Positions 50,690 through 64,000 of a stretch of DNA of 64,000 bases are shown in pieces; position 1 is the first letter of the stretch, and each line of letters starts with the position of its first letter. The stretch lies in NCBI GenBank assembly GCA_053919585.1, contig CM132794.1. One strand, 5' to 3'. The notes below the pieces were generated by a model. It did not search any database. It worked only from the letters and a program-made list of their open reading frames with translations, and was not told where the DNA came from. The translations under genes were made by a program, and so were the position numbers. Source of the stretch: Euprymna scolopes. Taxonomy: Eukaryota.

Positions 50690-51828
50690 GCTTTATAAAA
50701 CGGGGTATTGCGTGTACAGTAATTAATGGGATAGTATCGTAGTAATCGTTACTATTGGAGTTTTTGATAACGTTTCTTACTTAAGAGGGCGGTTCATCAG
50801 GAATTTGTTTATGTTGGACTTGAAGACCTCCAAGCTTTCTTCAGATGAGAAATAGGCAAACGGAATAGAGGTCCACAGGCGTTCACTTCTAAGAACGACA
50901 CTTTGTTCATGGAATATACGTTTTGATTTAGGCACAGATGAAGAGTGGGGAAAATTATTGACAGTGGTTTCAAGTAGACGAGTGTTTCTCCTAAAAGATT
51001 GCCAAGGGGGACCAGAGGTTGGAGCTCAAACGAGCACTTGCCATGGACATAACGATAAAACAAGGACAGGCACACAACGCCTCTTTTGTGGGAGAGCGGT
51101 TGCAGGGAGGAGAAAAGGGTATTCCCACTAAGCCACGAAGTCTATTTTGTACTATGTTTTTAGCAGCTCCTGCCCAGATATGGCAGGAGTTCTTCATTCT
51201 TGGACGTACTTGGCCTTTATATAGATAGAGAACTGCATCAGTAGTGAGATATCTTCTTGAGCGGTAGAAGGATTCCACCATTTTCCATCGACCTTGGCAA
51301 CAGACTTGATGTACGTGTTCCACCTCAGATCAGGAGTAAAGGACAAACCCAGAAGCTGGTCAAGACGAGAACCATCCATTTCAATTGATGGCAGATGAAG
51401 ATCAGAGTGTTTCTGATGTAAATATAAGAGCTTGATTTTAGATGAATTTAAAGTATCAAGCCACCTCTTCCCCCAGTGTACCACGCGCTCGTGATCAGAG
51501 GAGAGAGAATTAGAGGCAACGTTGTCATTAGCGGTCTTTGGTGCGTTGCCATAGATGGTCGTGTCATCAGCTTAGACGTCAACGAATGATTTAAGTATGT
51601 GTTTTTGAGATCAGTGATGTAGATAAGGAATGGAGTTCGCTCCAGTATTGACCCCTGAGCGACTCCAGCATTAATACTGTGGGCCTCTGATTTCTGCCGA
51701 TCAATCACTTCTCTTATGAGACTATCAGAGAGAAAGGAATTAATAATTGAGAAAACATTTCCAGCTATACAGTAGCTGGAAGTCTTGTGAAGTAGGCCTT
51801 TATGATATATTTTATCGAAGGCCTTTAT
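50690..51828 (-). mobile_element. Older CR1-group LINE fragment (RT to 3' end)
   Basis: KAFDKIYH, INAGVAQGSILE, *ADDTTIY, LLGLSFTPDLRWNTYI and SCHIWAGA, with many frameshifts. Confidence 0.9.
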
Positions 51829-53105
51829 AAGATGCGCTGTAACGGATAAAGGTTTTCCGTATAATAAGCCTAAGTAATTTTTATGAAGGTATGCACGTAT
51901 ATAACACTTGGTGTTATTTTTTTTTATTATTCATTGTAATATTCAGCTAATGACATCTTACCACTGTACTTTGGGCACAGAAACGAAATGTTATGGTCAG
52001 TGTATATTTCCTTAAAAGTGTTGACTTGTTTTTACCTATGTAGAATTTGTTAGTAGTAGGGTATTTCATTGTTCTCATGGCAGCTAGCTATATGAGAGAG
52101 GTTGAGAGACAGTTCTGTTTGAAGAACGATCAGATTTCTATACACAACTATAAGTTTTAATAAGGTTTACTACGTTTACCCTCCGTTTAGCATTTAGAAT
52201 GTTATTATTATGTTGTTATTATTGTGGCAAAGTCATTACTGCAACGGTAGCTTAATTTTATTGTGTGTTCATTTAATATTTTATGCAATATACTTTTGGA
52301 GGCGAGGTGGAGCTTAACTAAATTTAATATTTTTCCAAGGTTGGAATTAACATTTTGAATATAGGAAGGAAGTAAAGTAATTTTTTTCTCTCACGTTTTG
52401 TTTTTAAGATGTTGGCGTTTGCTTTTCAGNNNNNNNNNNNNNNNNNNNNNNNNNNNNNNNNNNNNNNNNNNNNNNNNNNNNNNNNNNNNNNNNNNNNNNN
52501 NNNNNNNNNNNNNNNNNNNNNNNNNNNNNNNNNNNNNNNNNNNNNNNNNNNNNNNNNNNNNNNNNNNNNNNNNNNNNNNNNNNNNNNNNNNNAATCCTAT
52601 TTCATGCTGGAGTGCATAGTGGGTTCTGCGTTTCATAAACCCTTCAACCAATTTTCGTTTACGTTATAAACAAATATATTTTTATGCAACACAGTGACGA
52701 CTTTTTTTTATTTTTCTGTTTAATTCTTGCTGAGTTATTTTTTTCAGCGTTTTTTTTTTTAAATAACATAACTTATTTGTTTGAATGTCTTGCTTGATTC
52801 GTTGTATCCAATTCATTTAAAAATCTTAATGTTTCTTATAAATAGCTTGAGTTTGATTGGATTTCGCAGGTTCGTTTTGTTTTCTGGACATTCTTCAGTT
52901 TACATATTTCCTGAAAAATGCTTGATGAACAATTGCAAAATATAAAACAATTCATCCAATTTTTACAAATTATTTTTCGGCATTTTTCAGAACACATGAT
53001 ATCAACTTCTAGTCATATTCAAATATATTATTGGATATTATTTATCTATATATCATATTACGTAGTGCCATATTTTTTCTAGGAAGTAGGTCTGTTCAGT
53101 TTTGC

Positions 53106-53183
<78 letters not shown>

Positions 53184-54019
53184 CGCAAGAGTAAGAAATG
53201 CAATTCAGTGCCCGAATCCAATTGAACGGATTTGTTAAATAGCTTAAAAATCACGTGTTTGCGTTTGATTACGTCAGAAGTATCGGCGATGATTTCAAGT
53301 TTACTATATATAGTGTATTAACATATGAATCTTAATTATGAGATTTTGTGACCAAGTTTGGAAAATTTTTAAAATTGTTATTTCAAAAAGGGTAATTTTT
53401 AATACAGTTCAACGAATCAAAACATGTAGTTTCTATAAAATTTCTTGTTTTTGAATAGTCCGTTTTTTATTGAACTATGTTTAGCCATGTTCTATTTTCC
53501 TTTAATTGAAGACATTATTTGATTCTTATTTCAAGTTTATATGTGAATTTTATTCCGTATTTATGCTTAATCCGATTCCTCTAAATGTTTCGAATCGTAT
53601 ATCACCCTTTGCCAGCCTCTACCAACAAGAACAACGTGAGACGCGCAAGGAATAATGTGGTAGGGCCGATTGTGAATGTACGCATAACATCGGGAGAGAA
53701 AGTCAGAAGGTATTGCAANNNNNNNNNNNNNNNNNNNNNNNNNNNNNNNNNNNNNNNNNNNNNNNNNNNNNNNNNNNNNNNNNNNNNNNNNNNNNNNNNN
53801 NNNNNNNNNNNNNNNNNNNNNNNNNNNNNNNNNNNNNNNNNNNNNNNNNNNNNNTTATTTTATATCAAAGGGGAGTGTTTCTTAATATTTTACTCAAGAT
53901 CAGTTGAGAGAGTAATCAGCTAATTCCTTTATTTTCCATCGGATGCACTTTGCTTTCGAAATTTCTCCTGCCCCTTTTAACTCTGTTGTTTTTTAGAATA
54001 TCGGTTCTATTGAATACGT

Positions 54020-54530
54020 TGTTTTCTTTTGTAGCACAAGCGAAGAATCAAATCCTAAATCCAATTATTTGTGCACACATACGAGTGCCTTCCATAAGGA
54101 AATAATATGCATGTTTATGAGGAGAATCTGGACAAAACTTTCACACAAGAAATTTCCCTGTTCCCAACGCAATAAAAGATATGCTGGCTCGATTTCATGA
54201 GCAACGGTCTGTAGGTGACCTCCCTAAATTTGGTAGACCCTGTACGACAAGAACTTATGAGAATCATCAGAGATTAGCAAAGAGTGCTGCTGGGGATCAA
54301 TCCACATCAGTAAGAATGGGATCAAGTCAAATCGGGGTCTCTCAATCATCTCTTAACAGAATGCTTTATGAATAGAGAAAATGACCATATAAAGGTTCAA
54401 TTGGTGCAAGAGCTTCAACCAAACTACCCGGAATATTGTTGGAATACGCCTTGCAATTCCGAGATCTGGCCAATAGGGATTAAGACTTTTTCAAAAACCT
54501 CATTATGTCCGATGAGCCCCATTTTCCCAA
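54020..54530 (+). mobile_element. Tc1/mariner (rosa/DD41D-like) transposase N-terminal remnant
   Basis: RFHEQRSVGDLPKFGRP..EN..STSVR..SQSSLNRML, PYK.VQLVQELQP and NLIMSDEPHF (first catalytic D). Confidence 0.8.
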
Positions 54531-57500
54531 GCTGGATATAAAGATATTTCCTAATCTGCCAGGATTCATCCACACTCTGACTGGTCATATATTATCAATT
54601 TCTGATTTCAGTTTTTCTCCGTTGTTTCGNNNNNNNNNNNNNNNNNNNNNNNNNNNNNNNNNNNNNNNNNNNNNNNNNNNNNNNNNNNNNNNNNNNNNNN
54701 NNNNNNNNNNNNNNNNNNNNNNNNNNNNNNNNNNNNNNNNNNNNNNNNNNNNNNNNNNNNNNNNNNNNNNNNNNNNNNNNNNNNNNNNNNNNNNNNNNNN
54801 NNNNNNNNTCACGATTGGAGAAACGCTTGTGATTAATGCACGATTTATTTACGAGTAACACTTGTTTGTTCATTTAAGTGTATTCTAGAACTTCAGTGGT
54901 TTTAAATAGTATAACGTCACTGGCATTATTTACACAATAATGTTATGCGTTTATATCTCTTAAATATGTGATTTACAATTAATTATTAGAGTATTTGCGA
55001 AATTAATGCAGTGAACAGCTATGCCAACTCCATCCTTACTTGCAATATTTCCGATTCGTTACTATATGTTTGTACTCAGAACTATTCCGCCGTAGATAAT
55101 AACTATATTAGACAACCTTTCTTTGCACATAAATAATCTCAAAGCATGAGGCGTCAGAGATAATCGTTGTCAATTGTAGGGGGTCTTATTAAAAATAAAC
55201 GCAACACAGTAAATCGGTGATGAAATTAACAGTGTTCAAGATTGAAAACAAGTTTTACACTTTATAAATGTAGTCTACACAGCCCTTCTCGAACGGAAAT
55301 CATTCAGATGAAGATATTAGGAAATTCGCATGTTTGCTAGAATGTATTTTATCTTCAAATGCTTTATTTCTAAAGGTGCGAGTATCTCCTTTAATGGGAT
55401 ATATTTTACGGCTGTTTTATTTGTACTATTATCACTGAATTTCAGGAACCTATGGAACGGTAAATACAGAATTTAATAATGCAGAATATGCGAATACGAT
55501 ACATTTTCTAGTTTAGCTGTAACCTCGGGGTCTTAGAAATCTCAACTTCCATCTAGTTATGCAACCAACGTAGAATATGTTATATATCTATTTTCTATTA
55601 TCGCACATGAGTTGCAATCATTCTTATTCACCGTTAGATCAACATCGATCCTTTCAGCAGTAAGAGATAATTTATTAACTCTTGAAATATTGTTTTCATC
55701 GCGTGAGACGTTAAATAAATGTAGTATTAACTAGAACATTCCAGGCAAGATATGCATTGTTTATACTCTTGTATACTCGAATGTTTTGGCTTCACCATTC
55801 AATTGAGCCTACGTGTGTAATTTCAGAGTCCAAATCATTTGAACAGCAGACTAATGTGTATAACGTTCACATTAATTGATTCACAGGCTTAAAACTGTAA
55901 GGTGTGTTGTTTTGCCAATATCACTTTCGCTGAATGTTCAAGCGTTTTCTAAGTGACCCTTTCACGAAAAACCCTACTACCATACCAGTGTGGTAGAAAA
56001 GTGTATATTCAACATTATTGGCGGTCGCGGTATACCATAAAACGGACAAAATTGCAAACAGGGATGGGTTTTCTACTTTAAACTCTTCCTCATCTTTCGA
56101 ACAATATTGCCTATATTTAACCATGAGAACCGTTTCACAAGCTTATTTGCACGTACTCTCAAACGTAGATTTTAATGGCTACAGATTTATTAAGCACTGT
56201 TCTGTGTATCAGATTAAGGCATTTTTCAAATATATCGTAAATCAATAAGTGTGCGTGCAGATTTTTTGTAGATGATAATATATTTGATCAAATTTGGGGT
56301 TGCCATTGGAAAAAAAAAACATGACAAATTATAAAAAAAAACATGTTATTAATAGAAAATGTTGCAATCCACTTATTGCCCGTACAACCTGATCCACAAA
56401 CTAAAACGCCTAATACACTGTTTAATTTATTACTTTCCTAATTTGTCCGGGTATAGCTGTCGACTACAACTCTCAGATGAGCAGCCTGCGGTATGTGTGA
56501 TATAACTGCAGTCAGGTTGGTGTTGAATGGAGCAATAGCTCTGATATGTATGCGCTTATTTTTAACCAGGTCTCGGCGATGGATTTGATATTTACTTATA
56601 AGCCAAAATGGCTGTTGGTTTTGAAAAGTTAAGTGTAATTGTAATTTTAGTTAATCCGCTCCACCACTGTATGCGCTAGTACCAAACACCCTTATACAAC
56701 GATGCCTTGTATCAGAAAGACTGATTGCCGATACATATGTCACGGGACACAATACAATTTGAGTAACACTATAATGATGATGAAAAGCGTGGCATCAATT
56801 CGTAGCGTACAAACATCTTCCCGCTGTCATCTGATTAATTTCTCTTCGGTTTATCCGTACAACAGCTTCGTGCAAACTTATCAGTGAATCTGGTTCGTGA
56901 GTTATGTGTTTAAACATGAGTATCATATTTTAAAGAGGTGTGCCAGAGTGTGGAGGAGCGTATGCAAATGGCGAACCGTGTGAACACTACGTCACAGTAA
57001 TGAAAAATATAAAAAAGGAATATGTAAAGAACGTGTGCACGCACATACAATTGGTTTCTAGTGGACAGTGATCCAAAACGAAGGAGCAAAATCACGTAAG
57101 AGAATACTATCACTCTAGTTACGTTGCTTGCCTCACAGCCGTAAAGAGAGATGGCAGGCGTTGTTGGAGAATAAGGAATAAATGTAGTTTCTTAACACGT
57201 GGAGCAGCTTTCGATTTACTCTAGATACTAACGACTACGTTCCACACATGGTCGAACAAGTCAGGTGCATTTTAAAAAATCTGTTATGTTCGCTCTATTT
57301 CTGTATATATTTGTTAAAGATGTAATGAAATATACGATAAATATTTTCATTGAGGGTTTTCGACCGTTTATATCAATAACCATGGGCAGAGTTTTGCCAT
57401 ACACCCTGTACATCATCGCCATGAACAGACAGAATTTACTCTCAAATGTGCATTACACGTTATATATTACTAGATTAATTAATACATGTCTATTGTATAC

Positions 57501-58819
57501 ACGAAAACAATATTTTTGTATGCGTATAAATCATAGTTTTAATATAGTGCTAAGTAAATTCGATCTTATTTTTAGAAATAGCATTTATTACATTGGTTTC
57601 AATTCCAGAATACTCCTTCTTATTCCCAAAAATAGAAATTTAATGATATTTTGCACTTTCTCTGGAAAAAAAAACGTGCGTAACGAAATCGCATACAAGC
57701 AACAGAACAAATGTGCAAATATTATAGACTCGCAGCAATACCAATTTAATTAGATATTTAATCTTGCTCTTCACATTCCTCTAAATATACAAATGTAAGT
57801 ACTTAAATAGAGATCTAGGCTAACGATCGACGATCTGACGGGAAACTTATATCTACATGAACATAATCAACAGGTATTGAAATCCTATCTTGTAGCTTAT
57901 AATATATTTGTCTTTTAATGTCAGATTTTCAATAAATTATATGCCAGTAAAAAGTATGCAAAACCATTTAAAACCAAAATGTTTCCTGGGATAAAATACA
58001 CTGTCATCCATAGTATCGTATTAATGGATTAGATTACAACGAACGTTAATATTTGTTGAATTATTCATTAAGTAAACATGTCAATACACACTCGTTGTTA
58101 AATACAATGGTGGTCTATATTTAATGACTTGTTGAGTAATTATATTGAATTTGTGTAATGGAAATGTTTACCCTTGTTTTACACGTAGATGCATTTTAGG
58201 GATTTTAACAAAATACATATAATTATTTTAAGTAAATATACTCGTCATCGTTTGATTTCAACGATATTCTTTTCAATGAATCGTATTGCAATAAATCCTG
58301 TTCATATAATATTCGAATTAACAAAATATATGACATTAAATCTAAAGAGAACTACCCGTTATATCATAAAACTTTCAAACCAAAGCATATTAGATGTTGT
58401 TTTATCTTTGATTTTATCTTTAGAAAACAAGATTAATTTTCTGGCAGCAGCTATTGCTTTTTAAAAACGACATGTCACTTGTGAGATTAAACATTATCTG
58501 ATGTTATTTATTACGTTTATCTTGTATCAGATCTCATATTGCAATACTTTATTGGTTATTAAATGTGAACAGCTATTTCAAAGTTGCGCCCATTTAAATA
58601 ACTAAGCAGACGATGCACAAATAATTTAACATACATCCATTTGAATAATTTCTTTAACACTAAAGGAAAGCAAAGCGATGTGTTGCCAGATCAAAACAAA
58701 TCTTACTGAGGAAGTATAGAATATTTTTAACGGGGGGGGTTCTATTAACACTTAATTGTATATTTAACGTGAAAGACTAAAGTAATAGGAAATAATAAAC
58801 TAAATCAAGGAAATAATTA

Positions 58820-59520
58820 TTATCAGATTGGATTTTGAGCGATAAAAAAATAGAAATGTGTAATGAACTTTTATTGACCCCGTGGTACTGCGGTAAGACC
58901 CGAAACGTAAGATATTGTTGCCAATGAAGAGCATTCCTGAAGTGCTACCAGTCTGGGACGAGAATAGATGTAGTACATGTTGATTTAAAGGTACAGACAA
59001 CCACATACCCCCGAAATGACAATAAACAAAGACAGCTGAGTCTAGTATTGAGTTTGAGTAGAGACTGAGTTAAAGAGACTCAAGAGGTTGAAGCGTAGGT
59101 TAGATCTGCTCCTGAAAAATGATCAGACGACGGAATTGTCAATAAATTTCGAATATTTCTGAAACCTACAGGAAAAAAGAACAACTTTCGACACCTACTC
59201 AAAGACGGCAAACGAGCGTAACGAACTCGTAGACAGGAAATATATTCCCCATATCTTGAAAATAGTACATCGTCAAATAACAATACGGCGACTTGTGTTC
59301 AATCCGGTTGTTAGAAAACTCAAGAAAGGATAAGAAACGATTAAGTTTATACTGAACTTATTGGTAACGCGTAAGGAGCGAACACCCTCTCTCCGTTTTT
59401 TAATGGGGACGATTGTTATATTTGGCTAATGAGAAAGCGAATGAGAAGGAAATAATATCGCCTGTTCAGGGCTTGTTTGGTGATGGTGTTGGTGCATTCA
59501 ATATGTTATCTTTACTTTTA
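58820..59520 (+). mobile_element. Possible 3' end of an LTR retrotransposon
   Basis: A basic RK.Q.RIR-like C-terminal stretch near 59310-59340, then purine-rich aatggggac followed by tgttatat at 59413. No partner LTR was found. Confidence 0.25.
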
Positions 59521-60279
59521 ATCACTTATTTTTTATCCATTATTATTCCATCACCGTTGTAGTCTGTGGTATTGTTGACATTTCTTTTAATATAAGTTCG
59601 AAAATCCGAACAAATGCTCGTGTTTTGAATTGGTGTCATTTCTATTTTATATCCACCGCTGTTTACAAGTGCGGCCAAACGAAAATTTCGTTTGTTCTTC
59701 TTTTTTCCTTTCCTATTAATCGCTAAAAAACGGCACATCGACCTGTTGAACGAAGACCTTCGATGGATAACGTACACAGATCTTTTTCATTTTACATTCT
59801 GCAGTTTCGATAATACTGTAACCATTTTAAATGATGTGTTAGACTATTATCACATGCGACCGAATCTACGTGTTACACGCGTTAATCGTTAGAGTGTGTA
59901 CGAAGGGTCGTCAGCACCGTTACTCTTAAGTTACAGGAAAAATAATATTTTATTTAAAACTTGCTGATCACAGATCAAGACAAAATGCTAAAGCGCTATA
60001 GACATTTCCAATAAAAAATGCGTCAAATATAATCGATTACACTGATCAACAATAAATATGTCGTCTACGAATTTAAGCTGATTTACAACAAATCTAATGC
60101 GTTGAATCCAAAACAGAACATATAGCTTTAGCAAAACGAGATGATTTTTTTTTACTATTGTCAGATATTTTCTATGTACGTTTCTGTGCAAATACACGTA
60201 AGTTTATAGCATTTTCGGTGAAGTTTGCAGGTAAAATTACATGTTTTATTTGGACATGTTTGCATTAATATTAAGAAAT

Positions 60280-60915
60280 ATTCAGACCCTATGGTTCAAG
60301 GTGATTATGTCAACAGAAGACCAATTAGAAGTCATAAACCCTCAAATCTTTAAAACAGTTGGTACGTAGCATTACACGAGGAAGAACTGGTTTGGCCGAG
60401 AATTGTTTCATTGCAAAAGAAGGAACTTCATCAGTCACCCTCTGATAGACAAAGATAAATATTTTCCCATTGCGTCACTATTACTATCTAGCAATACAAA
60501 AGGTGTAGAAGAATCGTGACTGCTTCACTTAATTGTGACAGGCTTTTTCAGGATTAACCACGGGGAAGTTAAAAGTTGGAGTAATTGTCAGTGCTCAGAT
60601 CCGGCAACTTAGTGAACGAAGTGGAACTGAAAGCATGGAAACATTAGTCGGATAGTGAATAATTTTCTTGACAACAATAAGTCTATATACTACGCGAAAC
60701 TTATCACTAATTGTTTGACTTATTTAATTGAATTTTGAGTGCGACACGAGCTTAAACATGCACTACTTAGTTTTACATATGAACCTGCAAATACGGGTTG
60801 AATGAGTAACGATCACGAGGAGAGATTCCATCAAGACTTAGAACATATTGATTCTAAGTGTCATTGTTGCGTGGGCGCAGTCATGTTTGCTGACTTCTGT
60901 TAAAATCTATAAAAA
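60280..60915 (+). mobile_element. DNA transposon transposase remnant, Chapaev3 (CMC)-like
   Basis: HYTRKNW, HPLIDKDK, KLKVGVIVSAQIRQL, NEVELKAWK, NNFLDNNK, CDTSLNMHYL and MSNDHEERFHQDL..MFADFC. The family name is from recall of these motifs. Confidence 0.7.
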
Positions 60916-61800
60916 AAGCATAAACGCACGAAAATGTCGTTTGTTTTTAATCTAATAATTTATTTTTATTTGCCTTAGACTGGGGAGGTTGATTTGTAAT
61001 CTTTTCTGGGAAAATCCAAAACATCTACGCAGAAAAAGTTGTGTGTAGGTATTATGAGAACTTATATTAAAAGAGCTTGTCGTCTTTCATGGTTGGATGA
61101 GCATTTAACTTTAAAGATCGTCTAATTAGACGCACTGAAATACTCCTTGTTTTTTTAGAAAATGTTATAAAAGTCTACAATTTCAATCGAAACAAATTTA
61201 TTAGATTTATCATTTTAGTAAAAAGGAAATAAATATATTAAAAGTAATATTAAAAAGTTAATTACCCCCTCCGCTTCATATAATCTTCATTTGATAATAT
61301 TAATTAAAGAAAACCTGCTAGGTTATGTTCCAGAAATTTATAATGAAGCAATGGTCGCCTAATTCTTAACAAAGATTATGCATATATGTACTAATTCGGA
61401 AAGTATAATTATCTACTTTCGAAAAATTGTTTAACTTTTCTTAAACTTATGGTAGCCTTGGTGGTAAAAAAATTATTTAACATGTACAATACCTGTCGAT
61501 AGTATGAGAAATTGGTTCATGTATGTATTTTAATTACCCGTCCGAGGGTAGGTAAATTATTAAATATGTGTTGTATATTATCCATCCCCGCAAAGGAAGC
61601 ACTATTTTATATATATATGGTATTAATTACTTATCCTTGATAAGATACAATTATCTGATAAGTGTAATACCCGTCATAGGGTGGGTAAATATTATTTTGC
61701 TCGAAAAATTTAATGATACATTAAAACCTCCTCTATCCGAAGAATAAAGAATAACAACTATATTCATAATCAACTTCAATTTTCTTATATGTTATACGGT

Positions 61801-61829
61801 CCCGAGCAACGCTGGATAGCCCCGCGAGT
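61801..61829 (+). mobile_element. Degenerate Helitron-type 3' terminus
   Basis: cccgagcaacgctggatagccccgcgagt resembles 1483-1510, with a decayed hairpin and cgag|t in place of ctag|t. Confidence 0.4.
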
Positions 61830-62149
61830 AAAAAATGCAATAAAAATAAAAATGCAAATGGTCATAAACAAAACTGATTATCCATCAAGGAATAACAATT
61901 AAGAACGAAATATGCTTAGAATTTATAAGGGAATCCATTTTTAAAAACTACAATTGTTAATTGAAACTACTCTATAAACTTGATTCATTATAGCTAATCG
62001 TAGTTTCAAATTTATACATTTAATTTAAAACAGATGTATGAAAAATAGATTAAACAACGCACAAAGGTTAGCCATGATTATTGTTGCATCATATAAGTGT
62101 TCCACATAAGATAATTTGAATCAAAAGAATGCGTCATTTCTCAACATAA

Positions 62150-63960
62150 AAGTTTTGCAACTATATGCCTGTGTCTTCTTTCAAATCCATAGACCAACTG
62201 AAAAGAATGTGGTTAATTAAACTGCCTTCTCGACAGTTTGCGAACGTGCAGGTAAATCACTCGAATCTAGTTTCCTCCCACTCATAATAACTATGAATCC
62301 TGTAATTCCTCATCTTCTGTAAAAGCAGACTCAATGACTCTTCTCTGAGAAAGGTGATTAAATGAAACCAATGTAGAGCTTTGCAACTTATTGTTGAATT
62401 TTTTTTCATCTTTTTATAAGATGCTTTTGCACTCCTTAAAGAATAAAAACAATTAGCTTTACAAATGGATTCTACTTGTTTGAACTTTTTTTAAATAATG
62501 AAATTGTAACAACATTAAAACATGAAAATATAAATCAATATAAACAATTTAATTATTTGAATGAAATACTTATTTATTTACCTAATGGTTATACTTTTTA
62601 TAGCTTTTTTCCTCACTTCCATTTCATCTGATTTGATCATTGCATACAAACTATTTTCTGGCAATAGAGCAAAAGCATTGTATGGCATATGTTTAAATAC
62701 AACTGTTTGGATTTCTTGTGACTGCTGCTTTATTCTCTGAATCATAATGAAAATGTATAGTTGCTGTTTACGAAATTTATTGTCTCTTTTAATTTCAAAC
62801 CAACTAACTGTATGAATTTCAACATTAAAGTTAACCAATGTCTGCATTTTATCACACAGTGTTTGAAGATTAAGCTGTTGGGTCCATAAACACATTAGTC
62901 GAATTGCTAGAGTTAGCCATCTGGCTGGATTTTAAGGCCAAATCTTCCATGCAACATATTTTGGATTAATCTTTATCCGTGACATCCCTACTGCATATTA
63001 TATAATATTGTTTGGTCGGAACTCAGATCATCAATATCTACCAGCACAGAATAATTGATATCAAAATGACTATTATTGATGGAAATTCAACCTGGGGCAA
63101 ATGATTGTAATTATTGCCACACAATTTTCCAATTGGCCCAGTAAATAATGTTTGGTTTTGTGTATTACAATCAATCCATTTAAATACCCCTGAATGGAAG
63201 CTCATTAGTATGTAGGGGCAACCAATAGTGTGTAACTTCCTGTTTAATATTTTTCTAGAAATGTGGCAAGCTCAGATCCACAGCCAGTATTTGTATTAAT
63301 GTTGTCTAAAAGCACATCCTGTAATGTAATCACACTCTCATAGTCTTTTAAAACACATGCAAATTCTGCTAAAACAACACCAGATGCAATAGTATTAGGG
63401 ATAATTCAATGGGCGACATATCCTCCCTTTGTATCACAAGCAAACTCTGCTGTCAATGTTAAGTTGCGTTCTGGTCCCTTAAGTTTTTCTTAATTTTGTT
63501 TCTTCATTCGCCTCCACCATATCCTGATAAAAAAAATGTCTTTGTCCTGTCTACTATCCACACCAATAAAAACCAGGTTTTTAATTTTTTCATTGTGCAT
63601 TTTCGTGTTTTCTTTCTTTTAATCTGTCTATTTTTGATTTATCTAGGATGATGTTGTTAATGTTTATACTAATGTTAAGACGGCACATAACATGTCAATC
63701 CAAAAGGAAAGCATTTGTTAGGCTCTCTCCTAACTTTGAAGAACCATCACCCCGGATTATTTAAATAGCATGCGGGGGAATTTTTAATTGGCTGTATTTA
63801 CTTTTACAATGTCTGTTTAGCTAAAAAAAATCATCTTGTTCATCTTTGATTGGGAAGGGAAACATTCTGGTCATAAGATGTTGAGCCAACAGAAGATCAT
63901 TCAACTTGGTTCCTTCTGTCTCCTACCACTGCAATTATTTTATATTTTTCATGTCAGCTT
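62150..63960 (-). mobile_element. hAT-superfamily (hATm-like) transposase remnant
   Basis: Minus strand: LDNINTNTG..FLEK, LHTNELPFR, ARWLTLAIRLMCLW, NAFALLPENSLYAMI.SD...R..A and LPARSQTVEKAV*LT. Confidence 0.8.
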
Positions 63961-64000
63961 TATCTATAAGACGAAATTGAAAAGTGCTCTAACGTCCTAA

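Noticed and set aside
933-54873. ORFs containing X runs or YIYI repeats
   Set aside because: These are artefacts of N gaps and dinucleotide microsatellites.
57265-57753. 162-aa ORF
   Set aside because: AT-driven composition (I/F/N/Y/K), a non-ATG start and no recognisable motif. Probably a chance ORF.
1-64000. Uni-strand piRNA cluster (dense transposon fragments)
   Set aside because: Elements are split between both strands with no clear bias, and small-RNA data would be required.

Overview
AT-rich eukaryotic (animal-like) genomic DNA with 17 N-runs and many (TA)n/(CA)n microsatellites. I cannot support any host protein-coding gene; the window reads as intergenic or intronic DNA full of decayed transposons. 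Recognisable elements: a young CR1-group LINE family (two near-identical copies, one nested in a Gypsy element) plus four older relatives, three Gypsy LTR-retrotransposon remnants, a Penelope-like element (RT + GIY-YIG), an L1/Tx1-like element, RTE-like fragments, a full-length DD37E (TRT) Tc1 transposon with long TIRs, rosa/DD41D-like, Chapaev3-like and hATm-like transposase remnants, Helitron-type 3' ends, a palindromic MITE, a 32-bp minisatellite and a tRNA-Leu-derived SINE with a 12-bp TSD. The most notable signal is a short non-coding repeat present four times between 34 and 43 kb. No single copy is intact, but their alignment reconstructs a type I hammerhead ribozyme, preceded by CCAAT- and TATA-like motifs and attached to (TA)n tracts. 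It looks like a Penelope-type pseudo-LTR or retrozyme-like family. All family assignments come from by-eye translation and motif recognition, not database searches, and boundaries of degenerate elements are approximate.
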